NCBI GenBank assembly: GCA_030141605.1
Contig: JAQGDQ010000100.1
Span: 310,001 to 374,000 of the forward strand
Origin: Tubiluchus corallicola
Taxonomy: Eukaryota > Animalia > Priapulida
DNA length: 64,000 nucleotides
Reading direction: 5' to 3'
Part shown: one piece after another, positions 1 to 13,300 of the stretch
Position numbering within the stretch: position 1 is the stretch's first letter
Layout of the letters: every line of letters begins with the position of its first letter
Program-made: the position numbers and the translations under genes
Notes under the pieces: generated by a model
Database searches by the model: none
What the model saw: the letters and a program-made list of their open reading frames with translations, nothing else
What the model was told of the DNA's origin: nothing

Positions 1-1664
1 GTCTTTGTTAGCTTGTCATAACTTGTGGTAGATGCGTAGGAAGATGTTTAAAATGTTGTGTTTTAGAAAAAGTTAGTAATAACCTCACCAGTCGTTTCGA
101 ATCCCTTGGTATGTAGATTAATTATCTTTACAATGCTCTTTTATATGGCTTAATTATAATACACTAAGTACTGCACATCACTGGGTTAACATTTATTCAA
201 AACAATCTATCCTCCTTGAAGACGTCATAACCGTAATGTTGTTTACTCGCATTTAGTCATTTAACAGTGGTTGAAGTCGCAGACTTAATGAAACAATATT
301 GGGCCTTACGTCTTTGTCAAATTTTGTGTATTTCATTTGTTACCAGCAATTTTTTCACTTTATGTTAGTCGCTGTGTATCCTTATGTAGATTGTGAAGAC
401 CTATTAGTTCGACGTTGTACTATTTTTAGTCGTGCATCATCTGATTATATTAGTGGAATTTCTCGTTATTAAATTAGCGTATTATCCGTGTTTTGTTAAC
501 CAAGTTGATTTAGTAGTCGTTCCAAAAGAGGTTGGCTTCTCTTGTCAGTATTTTTCCAAACCCCGTGTTTCAAGAATTTGTTTAAAAGCGCTGTCATGTT
601 TATGTCATTGATTACCCCTTTTAAAACACTCTAAATTAATCACATATGTTCCTTACTTATAAGCCATGTTGGTGTCGTGTTGAAGCAGACGTTCAGCGGA
701 AGTTTTTATTCACAAATGCAGCTGTTACTATCTAATAGTGCATAGCTTTTAAAGCAACACAAATTCATAATTTTTAGGCGTTTTTTGGAAGATGCAAAAA
801 AGCAAGTCGGAAACCGGTAGGATTATATTACGTTAGCTATTCCATTTGCATCTTCGGTATTTTTGCAGCACATTGATCTTCTTTCAACGTGACATTTAAG
901 TGCTATTTGTCTACATTTATTCTCAAATTTTCATTCCGCTAGATTAGGTATTTACATTAAAAAAAAGACTATAGATCATGTGTACTACAATATATATAAA
1001 TTTCTCCCTGGATTTATGTAATTTGCGATATTACTGCAATTTTGACGCCAATTTGAAACGCACTAAAAGCCATTTTTCTTACTATGTTAAATTACATTCT
1101 GGAATTCAACGTGATTAATTTTTATGTAGTTAGATGAAGTGAGCAGCGGTTTCCCGAAATATCGTTAATACTAAAAACCCGTCTATGATTAACCATAACT
1201 ACCTCCCTCTTTATTTTTATTATGAACACATAACACCACACATCGGATTTTAATTTTAATACTTTTTTACTGTTTGTGCACAATAGGCCCACAACATCGT
1301 AAAAGTCGTTTGAGGTAAATGCTGCGCAGAATTAAACAACCGTTTTTATTATGAGTTTGTAATTTCACGGATAACATCGCACTTTTTTCGGATGTTTGGC
1401 ATCTATTTTTAGTATATTGGAACTTGTGCACAAAACGCAAGACAATGTACCTAACTTTGAATTGTTGACTGCATATACTTTTACCATGGATGGCGTAACT
1501 AACAACATAATCACTATAAAAAGCTTAGCTGTCTAAATAGTTTTCTATTCTTCTGAGGTAATAGATGGCATTGACTCATAGTACTTGCACGTATATCTGC
1601 TCGGGTTGCCTTTTCTTCAAAACGTGAATTTGACTCTCAGTTAAGCACTATAAGCACAATTGGA

Positions 1665-2330
1665 TTTTCTCAAAAAGTTTCTTCTTTTCTTTATTTCGTT
1701 GTCTGTCGTGTGTTTTGTGCTCTCTTGCTCCCGCTCTCCCCCTCTGTTCTCCTTGCCCCGTGTTTTCTTATTTTCCCCTACATTTTTATCCCTTTTCCTC
1801 ATCTTTTCAGTTCTCTGTTCCCTCACGTTTTCTGTCCTCACATCTCCTCCCTTCCCCAAGCACTGTTCTTCCTTTTTCCTGCCCCTGCCTTGCCCTGTAC
1901 AGGGCTGTGCTCCGTCCTCTTTTTTTTCTGTCTTTATCTTCCCTTTCTTCCTTTTTTCTACTTTTCCGTTTTACTGTTTTTTTTATTTTTATGATTTCTT
2001 TTTTCCTTGTTTTTTTTCTTTCCCGTTTCTTTACTTTCTTTTCGTTCTCTTGTTTCTTTTCATCATCTCCAATTTTTCCTTTCTTATCCTCTGTAACCCT
2101 CCTTTCTTCAACCATTTCCTTTCCTACTCTCTTCTTTTTACTTTTTTCTCGTTTTCCTTTTGCCTTTTCTTTATTTTTCTGTTTTTCTTTTCTTGCCACT
2201 TTTTTCTATTTTCTGCTCCACCTTTTCTCTTCAGTTTTTTTTTCATTTTTATCACCCCTTTCTTTTTTATTGTTATTGTCTTTTCTTCTCTTCTCTTCTC
2301 TTTTCTTTCCCTTTCTTTTAACATAGTTCA
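1665..2330. repeat. long polypyrimidine low-complexity tract
   Basis: About 670 bp overwhelmingly T/C on the + strand, with no fixed period. Confidence 0.9.
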
Positions 2331-4227
2331 GTTCTCAAATTTCTAAGAAAGTGTTTTTGTTTTATGATACCTAGACAGGTTTATGAAACAAACATCTTGA
2401 TTTTTAACGTCTATAAAAATAGTCTGTGATTTTTGTAAACAAAATGAAGTACATTAGCTCTATATATACTTTTCTGTGATATTTTCAGTTTTTCATCAAA
2501 AACTAAAATTTTAGTTAATAGAGCAATCACAAAGGTGCCGTTTGGTAACAATAATTTTACAGTTTGTGGTCCCAAACCAGGCTGTGGAGTGGCAGGTGCA
2601 AAGTTCTTTTCTATCTATTGGCTCCCTGTTATGATTAATTATTAAATGGTTGATTTTGTTACCTGTATATATTAGTTGCAGATTAAACGCACAGACATGT
2701 TATACGAAACCAAATTAACTTTGTTCATAAATTAAATTAATACCTACTTATGTGAGACACTTATAAGATAACGTGATGATAAAGTAAATTATGAACAGAA
2801 AATAGCTAATCCGTGTGCATATAAATTTACAAAAATTAATGCAGTTTGGCTGATTTATTGCAGTATGAGTACCTCATAAATAACTTGGCAACCAGTTTTT
2901 CAGTTAAATTTATAATTTCACATGTAGGGTACTTTTATATTTTACTACATATAAATTACCAGTTATCGCTGTCTGAATATTCGGTTTCATCCCCATACAT
3001 ACCCAGCTATACTTGCCTGGCTAGTTGGTGAGTTTAAATTCGTTGAAAGAATACTAGCTTGTGAGCAGGTCAAAATGAAAAAAGTCCGTGTCAAAAGTCG
3101 TTTATAAATTCTGCTAAGTTAAACATTGTTAGATCTGTTATGAATCTGTGATAAAATTAACTCCCTTTTTAATTAAGTAAGTGGTAACAAGTATTGATAA
3201 CGTGTATAATCAGCTGTGAAATAGTGTCAAGCAGACGCACGTTTTTTCTATAAATCTGTCATTTCTGGATACTTGTAGGCCATGCGGTGCACAGTGTTGA
3301 AACTGTGAACTATTTTGGGAAAATTCAACCATCGTCAAATAAAACTGAGAAATGTATTTGTAATTACAAGAGGAATTTTTTAACCCATTTCTAATAGGTG
3401 TGAACACTCAACACATACACACAACACAGTAATCTGCCAAAAAGATGAACATCACTCATGAGTTTCAAATATTGCTATAAAACCATTAAGATAAACTTGT
3501 ACTGTGATTCGTGAAACTTACCAACTCAAAACTTTCGTGTTGATTTTCCACGGATCCACCGTAATCTACTTTAACGGAAATTAATGAATCATTGATAATT
3601 AGTAATACTGTTACTTCATTGTAAAATGCGATTCGAATTACAATGTGTACCTTCTTTTTTCGAATCATTACAATGAACTTTATCTCTCGTTTCATCACGG
3701 TTTTAACCTATCATTCCTGCAGAGTTATTCCTGCTATACTATACCTTGCTCTTTCTGCATGATTCCTGTGCATAATGACAGTAGTGCATGCGTAACTATT
3801 GTCTGATGAAATAGACAGAACTATCCAAGAGGAAAATTATAGTATGATGTTCAATCCAACGCAAAGAGAACAGTTATTAGAAAGCGCAGCATGGTATTAA
3901 TTTAATCCTAAGCCGTGTATAAAAAATTCTCTACATACATCGCTGATCATTAATCCCACATAATTACTGTCTATAGTAGGGCTAGCGTGCTTATTGTGCT
4001 GTGTTATCGCCACAATGTATTTTCTCTGTGCACATGTTCCCAAGGCGATGGTATAATGGGAGTGTTTAAGTTTGCTGGATTTCGATCACTTGTGGGATAT
4101 TAATGGATTTTGAGTGTTCTGAATTTCGTGTGTTATTTGACAAGATATTAATCCCATCATGTAGGCTGAATATTGTCATTGATTTCTTATTGAGTTTCTC
4201 TCTTGTTTGTATTGTGATGTAGGCTCC

Positions 4228-4303
4228 ATGACGATGAGGCTTAGTAGATGCGGGGTGTTCATACTAACATGGATGGGTCTGCTGCTCATCTACGATGTTA
4301 CAG
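4228..4303 (+). CDS. cadherin exon 1 (signal peptide)
   Basis: MTMRLSRCGVFILTWMGLLLIYDVTG; acceptor AG at 4221-22 upstream of the ATG; donor GTATGG, phase 1. Confidence 0.8.
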
Positions 4304-7300
4304 GTATGGTAATTATAACTATACGTCTTCTGGTTTTTATTATATTCATTATTGTGTTGCTAAGTTGCTTTTAATGTTGTTAAAGGCAACATATCATGTT
4401 AATAGATGTCGCTACGCTGTCTATAGAATACGTAACTGTTACTAGTTGGGTTTCATTCAGTTTATTAAAATTAATGTTGAATTAACACACTTTGAAAATA
4501 CTTGTGTCTTTACTATGTAAATTAACTGCGTATCTGTACGCAATTGTCAACAGCTATTGACTAACAAAAAGCTGGACGTGGTATTTTTCCGGCAAAAAGT
4601 GTTGACTTGTTGTGGAATGTTAAATGTTGTTAAATTTTGTTCTGGATTTTCGTCAATTTGTGTTTTTTCGTTGCACAGAGTTTTAATTTTGTCTTTCACT
4701 AGATTAAATAAGAAACTTTTTACTTATAAATTTAATTTGATCTTCGCATTTACTAGCTATTCTACCGTGTATCTCAGTTTACGTCACTGACTAGTTTTCT
4801 TTTAACCACAAGATATATTACTAGAATAGCTGTCATCATCCCATACACAGCTGTTTTGAATGCATGTAGTACACATTACACAAAGTCTTAGTGCATTATT
4901 GTGTCTAGGTAGTGTTTCTACAGTCAGTGCTGGCATGTGATCAATGTAATGCTAGGCCGATATTTTTATAGTTATGGGTAAAAACTGCTACATATATAAA
5001 TGAATCTAAGTACATATAGAACCTCCTTTTTACTGGTACTACTTAGTCAAATAAACTCAACTAGAAGTACTATTGCTTTTTGAGAATTTTGGGAACTAAC
5101 TCTTTTTGTCAAAGGAGAAAAATAGTTAATCCTTCATCATTTTAACCGAGATCTGTTACTCTCTTTTTATCAACGACATCAATAGTTGTAAGAAAGTGAC
5201 AGCCGAGAGACAAAATTAGCCTTCAAGTCAGAGTCACTGACTCTTATTGACTAAAACTACTGAGACAAATTAACCAGATAATCATCTAATGGTGATTATA
5301 TTTCAGGTGAAGCACCTGAGCTAGTTCCTCCTTATGACTTACGAAGATTAAGCTTGTTTGAAAATACCAGCATAGGTAAGTAACTTATACTGTTTTTCAC
5401 GCTCATACACCACCCATGAATAATGTATCGACTATTGTTTAGTGTGAACGCAAACATTTGCTTGCAAACCAATTAAAATTAATGGAGATAGCAATTAGGC
5501 AGACCTGCATGAAGGCCTTGCAAATTAAAATGCATAATACTGGCAAGTGAAATTCTATTTTTCATGTAGCGGAAAACTAGGCAACAAAGTAATTCTTTAA
5601 CCTAAATATAGATAGTGCAATACAATGCTTGTTATTGATGCACGTGCACATCTGCTGCACAGGTTTTCTTTAGCTGGCGTAGTAATTACCTTATTTACCT
5701 ATTTGTACCTGTCATTTGGTGATAATTATTAACGCTTTTACCCTGCTGTCAAAATTATCTGCATTATCTGAACAGGTAGTTGAAAGGCAGAAGTTTTCTG
5801 GCTTTTGTTAGATGACACGAGCAGTCTAGCTAGATAGGTTACTTTATTCATGAATGCAATTTAAAATTGCATATTAACAGTACTTCAAAGGATTAGTTCA
5901 TGTTTAAGCTCACTGTCCATTTAGTTCAGTTTTAGTTTGAAAATTCTAATTGTAAAGTGGGTGAATTTAATTGCCTTAATTAATTTCCTTTAATTGCAGG
6001 TGATATCGTGTACAGAGTACGGTTTAAAAATGTAGTAGGTGATATGGCTATACAGCTACTTCCGGATTCACCTGAGATCCTGGACTTCCAGTTTTCCAGC
6101 AGCAATATGGCCAATGTTGTATTAGCTGCACCGCTGGATAGAGAAGTACAATTGACTATTAATGTCCACAGGCTTTGTAATTATAGTCCATCATTGATTC
6201 ATAGTAGAGGTCAATACCACCATGAGTGACAGAATGCTTATAAATAATTACTAGCTTTGTCTTTGACATCTACACTTTGTTTGCATTTTATATAATTTAT
6301 TACTTCACAGTGGGTTCATACGTGTTTGTTACTGGTGAGTTTTCGTATCAAAGAAACCAATTAACAGTATTTAAGTTTTATATATGTATAGGTGTATGTA
6401 TTATGTATATGTATGTATATAACGTATATAGATCTATTTTTTCATAAAAATTTAGAATATTTTGATATGATAATATTTTTTAGGTTACTTCTTTGTGAAG
6501 TAACTTTGTAAAAAGATCTGTTTTGCCGTGATGTTGTTATTGTTTTCATGTAATAAGTTTTTATCGGTTCTTAACATTGTGACATCACAATAAAGTTAGT
6601 TCATATTCTAGATTTTTATGAAAAAATGGATCCAGGATAATGGTAAATGGTGTTCTAAATGACATATTCGCGAAAGAGGCAGACTCCATAACAACAGTTA
6701 ATTGTGTTCTAAATGGCTTATCTGGGCAATTGATCTGGAATGTTTTAGCTCAAGAACTAGGCCTAAGACTTTCAGAGCTCATTTTTACGATATGTCAGGT
6801 CAGGCAAATTCTGTAAATGGGTGATTCCTCAGCCCTTGAGATGAGTAACTAATTTTGTACCACATCAGACACAATAACTTGTTATTTTAAAGCAGGCAGT
6901 TTTTTTCTGTCATGAGTTGAATAAATGTAAAAGGGAAACCAAAACTGTCTTTTTACATCTATTGTATTTTTATCTTGCCACCTGTGCATGAGCTCTTTAA
7001 ATTGCCTTTCTTTAGATGAAGACTGAATATCTTGTAAGATGGCAGTATCGAGATCTAGGACAAAATATTCCATGGGTAAGTTGAATAAAGAAATTGAATT
7101 TTTAGCTTTTTATCTGACCTTCTGACATTTGTGAATGTTATAATTTAAACAATCTTTTGTTGGACATGAATGCAAAATCTGAATGCTGTTTTTGAAAAAT
7201 ATGAAAATTTTTACTGCATTTTGCCTATTACTGAAATTGTAAATTGCTGTACAGATTTCGGCCATAAAACTTTACGATCGACAGAGCCGATAATAATAAA

Positions 7301-10300
7301 ATGCTGCAAATGTTGGTTATTACAGATTAATAAGCAGACTCAGGTTTATGTGCTGGATGTAAATGACAATGCTCCCGTTTTCACGCAGTTTCCCAGAGAT
7401 CAGAAAGTTCTAGTCGATGAGGTGAGTGAATATTTTTTATTTTACACTTATGCAGCTTGTACCATTCATATTATAAAAAAAATTCTTAATTGTTCAATTC
7501 ATACTAATCTCGGAATTGGCAAACATTTTATCACACAGGCTTTTGCAACAACAGTGTATTATTTCTAAGGTTCAGTTTTGAACAGTCCTTTAAACTTTTA
7601 TTAGAAAACAGCCAAAAAGGACAAAATCATTTTTTAAAAATCTTCTCAAGTTTTTTTTAACCTACTTGAGTAACGGATACAGAAAGTGTTCTACAAGCAT
7701 AATTTTAATCATCATACTGATAAGTTCAACGAATTGTGAAGCTTAATGAACGCACAGCTTGGATTTGATTTTAATTTTGATATAACTTAATAAGTGAGTG
7801 CTTTCAAATAATTTCTATTTTCCAGGATGCTGAACCTGGCCTGGAACTTTTTCAAGTGTCTGCGGAGGACCCTGATGAAAACAATGGCGGGCGTGTCATA
7901 TATAAATTAGATGAAAAAGTATACTTTTAAAACATTTATATTTTGCTTCTGTGGCTTTTTTATAATATTTTATATTAACTGATCTAGAATGTTGGCTTTC
8001 CTTATTTATAATTAGCTCTGTCTAACTTAGAATATACATGTTTCATAAGATTCATTATATAACAAAGGCAAGCTGTGACTATTTTAGCATTAGTTATATC
8101 TAAAAGAATTATAGTTTCAAACATGTATTTAAACGTCATCAATGTTTCTTTTTTTATCTAGCTGGCATTCTGTCAGCTAGCAGAAATGCTATACCTACCA
8201 TTCATTTCTTCTTAGTCCAAAAGCACAAATTGTATCTGGGTAGGTCAATGTTGGTGTTAACCCAACATCTCTTTGTCCACTGCAGAAGTTGCAAATGAAT
8301 TTACAGCCAGTCTTGTTTAGTTTCTCTGATTTTTAGTTAATGTTTTCATGTATTGTTTCCTAACTGTTTTTTAAATTTTTATCATATCCATTACCATTAG
8401 CATCATCGTTCTCTTCATCATCATCATCACCACCACCAACAACATCATTATAATCGTCATCGCCATCATCACTATTATTCGACTAGTCATTATTCGACTA
8501 GTTGAAAAAATATTATTAAAAACTATACATTTGGTTCTATTGTCCTTTGCTGTACATTTTGTGTTGGTCTGCACAGTGTTTATAACTAGGTCGTTCGGTT
8601 TTTTTGAGAAATGTAGTGAAATTTGAGAAATGCTTGTGTTTGCTACATTGCTTGTGTAGCTTTTTTGTTTAATTGCATGTTATTTTTACATGATCTTATT
8701 TTTATCTGTTGCAGAATGCAGAGTATTTTCATGGAGAAACAAACATTCAAAATGTTTTTACTGTTTACTTAAAAAAGAAGTTTGATTATCAAGAAAAAGC
8801 CATACATGAAGTTAACATAACTGCACAGGTGAGAGTAAAATTTAAAACATCATTTGTATATTATATTAGAAACACTGTGGTAAAGCACTCTTGGTTGTTG
8901 ACTCTGTAATTATTTTGTAACTGTAAGTTAGGCTACAAGTAGAAGCTGTAGATATTGTTTTATCATTTCTAAATTATTGGTACTAGATAAAAGGAGTCCA
9001 AAAGTCCTTAGCTCATTTGAGAACCTAATCATTCTTGTTAGTTCGTTATTGACAGTGTGTTCAAATTTTATGTTTTTATATTTTAAAGTTCAGGAACCAG
9101 TGAGATGCTATTCAGTGGATAACTGTAAAACTCTGTGTTTGTGAACTGCAGTGCAAGGCATCATTAAGCATGTAGAAGTTCTTTATTGGCTGGCGTCTCA
9201 TGGCTCAATAAATACCACAACATAGTCTGTGATTTGTAAACATGGGTCTAATGTGTTAGGATTTGTTTATGAAAAGTCGTTAAAACAGTGCCCAATAAAT
9301 GTTTAAAATATAGATCTAGACATTAATGTGAGTTGAAACACTGTTTCATAATTCATTACAGCTGTTTTTTGGTTTCTTTGTGGTTATTCAAATAATTTAT
9401 CTCTTGTTCCAACCTAATCACATTCTTACCACTTTGAATGCTTGCATCTGTTTTTTGTGTTTGCTTCACAAATTGGTACTATATTTGGTACTATTAACTG
9501 ACAAGTCGGTCGAATAAGCAAATTTAGTTTTTATTTAATCCATACAAATATGAGATGCACAAATAAATCTCAATAGATGAAAAAAATCTTTCAATAGCCT
9601 TTACTGGTACATAACAGTTTAGTTATTAGATTCTTGATTTTTTTATTCAGTAGTAAATAGTTGTTTAAATCTTTACAGTCCAACAAAAATTAAAGCTGAC
9701 GAAATAGACGAAAATGAAAAAAACAACGTAACTGAGATTTTAAGGATCAGGTAGTTTGAAAAGAGGGACTAAAAGCAATTTATATATAAACGCGGCCCAA
9801 ACAGCCATTACTCGTTGCCTTCGGGTTTGTGAATCTAATAGTGCTTGCAGTGCTAGTCGAGCAGTCCAAAGATTTTATTTTTTATTTACTTGTAAATTAT
9901 TTCTGTTAAAGCACTTTTGTGCATTAGATCTGTATGACTGCTTAACTCAGACAATCTGTGCGTTGTACTGCATGTGGCATTCATATAATTGAACGCCTAA
10001 TGTTAAGTGTTACTTATTTTAAGGATGGTGGTGGAGATGTTGATTATGAGCCAGTCTTTAGAACCAGCATCCTAGTGTATGTCGAGGTTATGGATGTGCC
10101 CAATAAACCACCAGTCTTTGTTAACCAACCTTATACAGTAAATGTTTATGAGAATATACCACCAGTAAGTATGTTTCTGTATAATAGATGGATTTACTTC
10201 GGTAATTTAGCACTTTGTTTGCATTAACATGCTTGAGTTATCTTACTCAAGTAGCATGGTAATAAACATGATTGCCGCAGTGTTAGTTGAATACTGGTTT

Positions 10301-13300
10301 TTTGGTTTCTACTTGCAATATCTTTGAATTGCATGCAGTACGTGTCACAGATGAGATTTAATTATGTTTTTGAAATGCCTTGTTGTAATTATGAATCATT
10401 TCAATAGTAGCTGCCATCTGATTTCATTGTTGTTCTTATGAAGTTTTATGTTTTTCTAACAGGAAGCTGCTATTTTAGCCATGAAATTACCCCTTCAGAC
10501 TGTAAAGAGCACCTACGAATGAAAAATAAACAAGTATAAAATTACAACATGCTCATCTTAAACGAAATATTTTGAATTGGGCTTTTAAAGACACGTAAAT
10601 TTTTCTTAAGCAAACAAACTTGGACATAAATCACTGGTAATAAAGCATCAAGTCAAGCTCTAAGGAAACAAATTTGACAGCACAAGCTTTAAAACCTTTG
10701 CGGAAACTGGCTATTATGTTTTAACTACTTTCTTTGCAGGGGGAACGTATAATAGCAGTAGAAGCTACAGATCAGGATACCGGCATGCCTCTTCCATTAG
10801 AATATAGTTTAACTGGAGCACGCCCTCGTAAGCTGAATATTGCTGTTGTTGGTCTGAGAAGTTTGTTATGGTTAACAGTCAAAAGCAATAATATGAAAAA
10901 TAGTGATGTGCTAGCTAAAACACAAACATCATTATCAAAAATTTATAATGACTATACGTCCGAAAACAACAACAACAATAATAATAATAATAATAATAAT
11001 AAATTTGTTTGGAAATGCAATACAAGTACAATATCAAGAAACACTGAGGAAAATAGAGATTAATAATAATCGTTATATATTGATATGACAGCGTGCATGT
11101 AATAAATGCCAAGAACCAGAAGTAAAACTTGTTAGGTCCTTGCACCATTATAAACACGTACAAATAATGAGAAAAAACGAACAAGAAAAAATCCGAGGGT
11201 TTTAGGCAATTTAAAAAAAAGTTGTGCAAAGCAAGGATAGAAGTGATGGGTAAAAAGACTGTTCAAAAGGATAGGAATATTGTGAAGATTCGGCTCATGA
11301 GATGACAAAGCACTCTGAATTCTACTCAAGAACACAAGGTTATGATTGTTGTGTCACGCAGGAACAATAGGTAGTTACCAAGACTAATTTGTATAAGAAG
11401 CAAACAGATATCGTTTAACTGACGTTTTAAAGTGATAAATGTTACACTGGCACTTTACATTGGGTGGTAGTGAGTTCCAAAGTTTAGGTCTGCTTATCCT
11501 ATTGCATATAATACTATTTGAGCCTTACTAGATTTGAGTCGCATTTTGCATATTATGATCATTATTACCAAGTCGACAGTAATGAGGTTGTTTTTAAAGC
11601 ATTTAGCTGTATCTGTGGTTCTGGGCAAGATTTGGAAACCCAATACAAGCTCCCAAGATCAATATGTTAAAATAAATTTTTATCCGCAGGTCACTTCATC
11701 TTGGGGTATTCGTCTGCACCTTTATTGAATGTCCTTATTCTACTAGTCGTGATACTTGGCAGATTCTAAAACACTTTTATTTTGCACATTTTTAGCATTA
11801 GATCTTTAATTCATTTGCAGGCTTGCAGCTCATTAACCACTTTGCCATAGATAAAGACACGGGTGCCATCTCCATACTAGAAACATTTGACAGGGAGGAA
11901 TTGTTGGCTGCTAATGGTCGCATAGAAGTAGATGTTACGGCAGCAAAATTATCAGCTACCCCATCATGGAGGTTTAACGCTAGCACAGTTGTCTACATCC
12001 ATGTGCTTGATGTTAACGATAACAAACCAAAGTTTCAGAGTGCTCTATATAAAGGCTCAATATTGGAGAATTCTCCCTATGCTATTCCTGTATCTATAGA
12101 CTATCCAAAAGGAGGGATATATGTTTACGATTATGATGAGGTAGTATGATCAGCATTATTTAAATGTAGTTGAATCTGAATAAATGACAACTTGCACTTA
12201 AATACTTAGTGATGATGTTAGTTACTAATTTACTTAGCACCATTTGTTTTTCTGAAGCAACAGAATTGCTTAAAAGTTCTTTTTCTTGAGATGCTGACTT
12301 ATGTTCTATTACGTATTTTTTTTGAAAGTATTTAAATACCCAAACATTTAAATAGCTCATTGTATGCAACAAAACATGGGGACTAAAGAAATTCATTCCT
12401 GCTGGAGCAGTAAGCCCAGAATTATACTGATACTGTATTGGTTAGTAAATTAGAAAGTATTATGATCACTGTTTGTCTTGCAGTTAGAAAATGGTACATT
12501 TGAGTTGGAAATAGAAGGCTTAGATAATGTTTTCTACCTACAACCTGAACTTGTACAGAACGAAGCTACTGTTCTCATAAGAGTCAAAGATCCTGCTAAA
12601 TTGGATTATGAGAATGTGTCCAGTTTTTCCTTTACGGTAACTATTATTTAATATACGTGCGCGTGTAATCTTGGGTCTGTTTTATTACATGAAATTGAGT
12701 TTTTTTTAAAGTAACTTACATTCAATTTTTATTTTTTAACAATGAGATAATTGCTCCTGAATTGGATAAAACACACCTTAATATTAAACTAAGTTAGTCT
12801 GTTTGAGCAGGTTTAAACAAGGAAGGTTTGTTGGTTAAAACACTTAACAAGTCACATGTTATAATTGCCCATCTTTATTGAAGACACTTAAAGAAAACAT
12901 AGAACACGTCATTGTAATTAAACTACTAATAAGTAATGATGATAGAATGTCAGTTACAAAGATATGACCGAAAATTTTATTTCATTATTAAATATTAGTA
13001 TGTTAGTAAACTGAATGTGGGTGCCTTTGAAAATTTACTTAGTTAGTTTTCACTTTTTTATTTTCATCATGCAGCTCATCCATTAAAATTTGAAAAATGA
13101 AACTGTTCGAAGAGTATGTTAATTATAACATGATAAAACAAAGACAAATTTTTTAGGGTGCTAAGAACAGTTTCCATCTTGTGTAATATTCCCTTTCATT
13201 ATTGTAATCTTGTTCAGTGTCTTATATTAAAAGATAACAGTACGCCTTTGTTTCTATAGATTGTGGCTCGTGAGACAAAGACATTGGAAGGCTATAGCAC

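Noticed and set aside
1641-2346. Overlapping F/L/S-rich and K/R/E-rich ORFs (up to 228 aa)
   Set aside because: By-products of the polypyrimidine tract; no domain motifs or splice context.
7919-8714. Possible U12-type intron (donor GTATACTTTT)
   Set aside because: Position +5 is A, not the near-invariant C of RTATCCTT, and no TCCTTAAC branch site lies near the acceptor.
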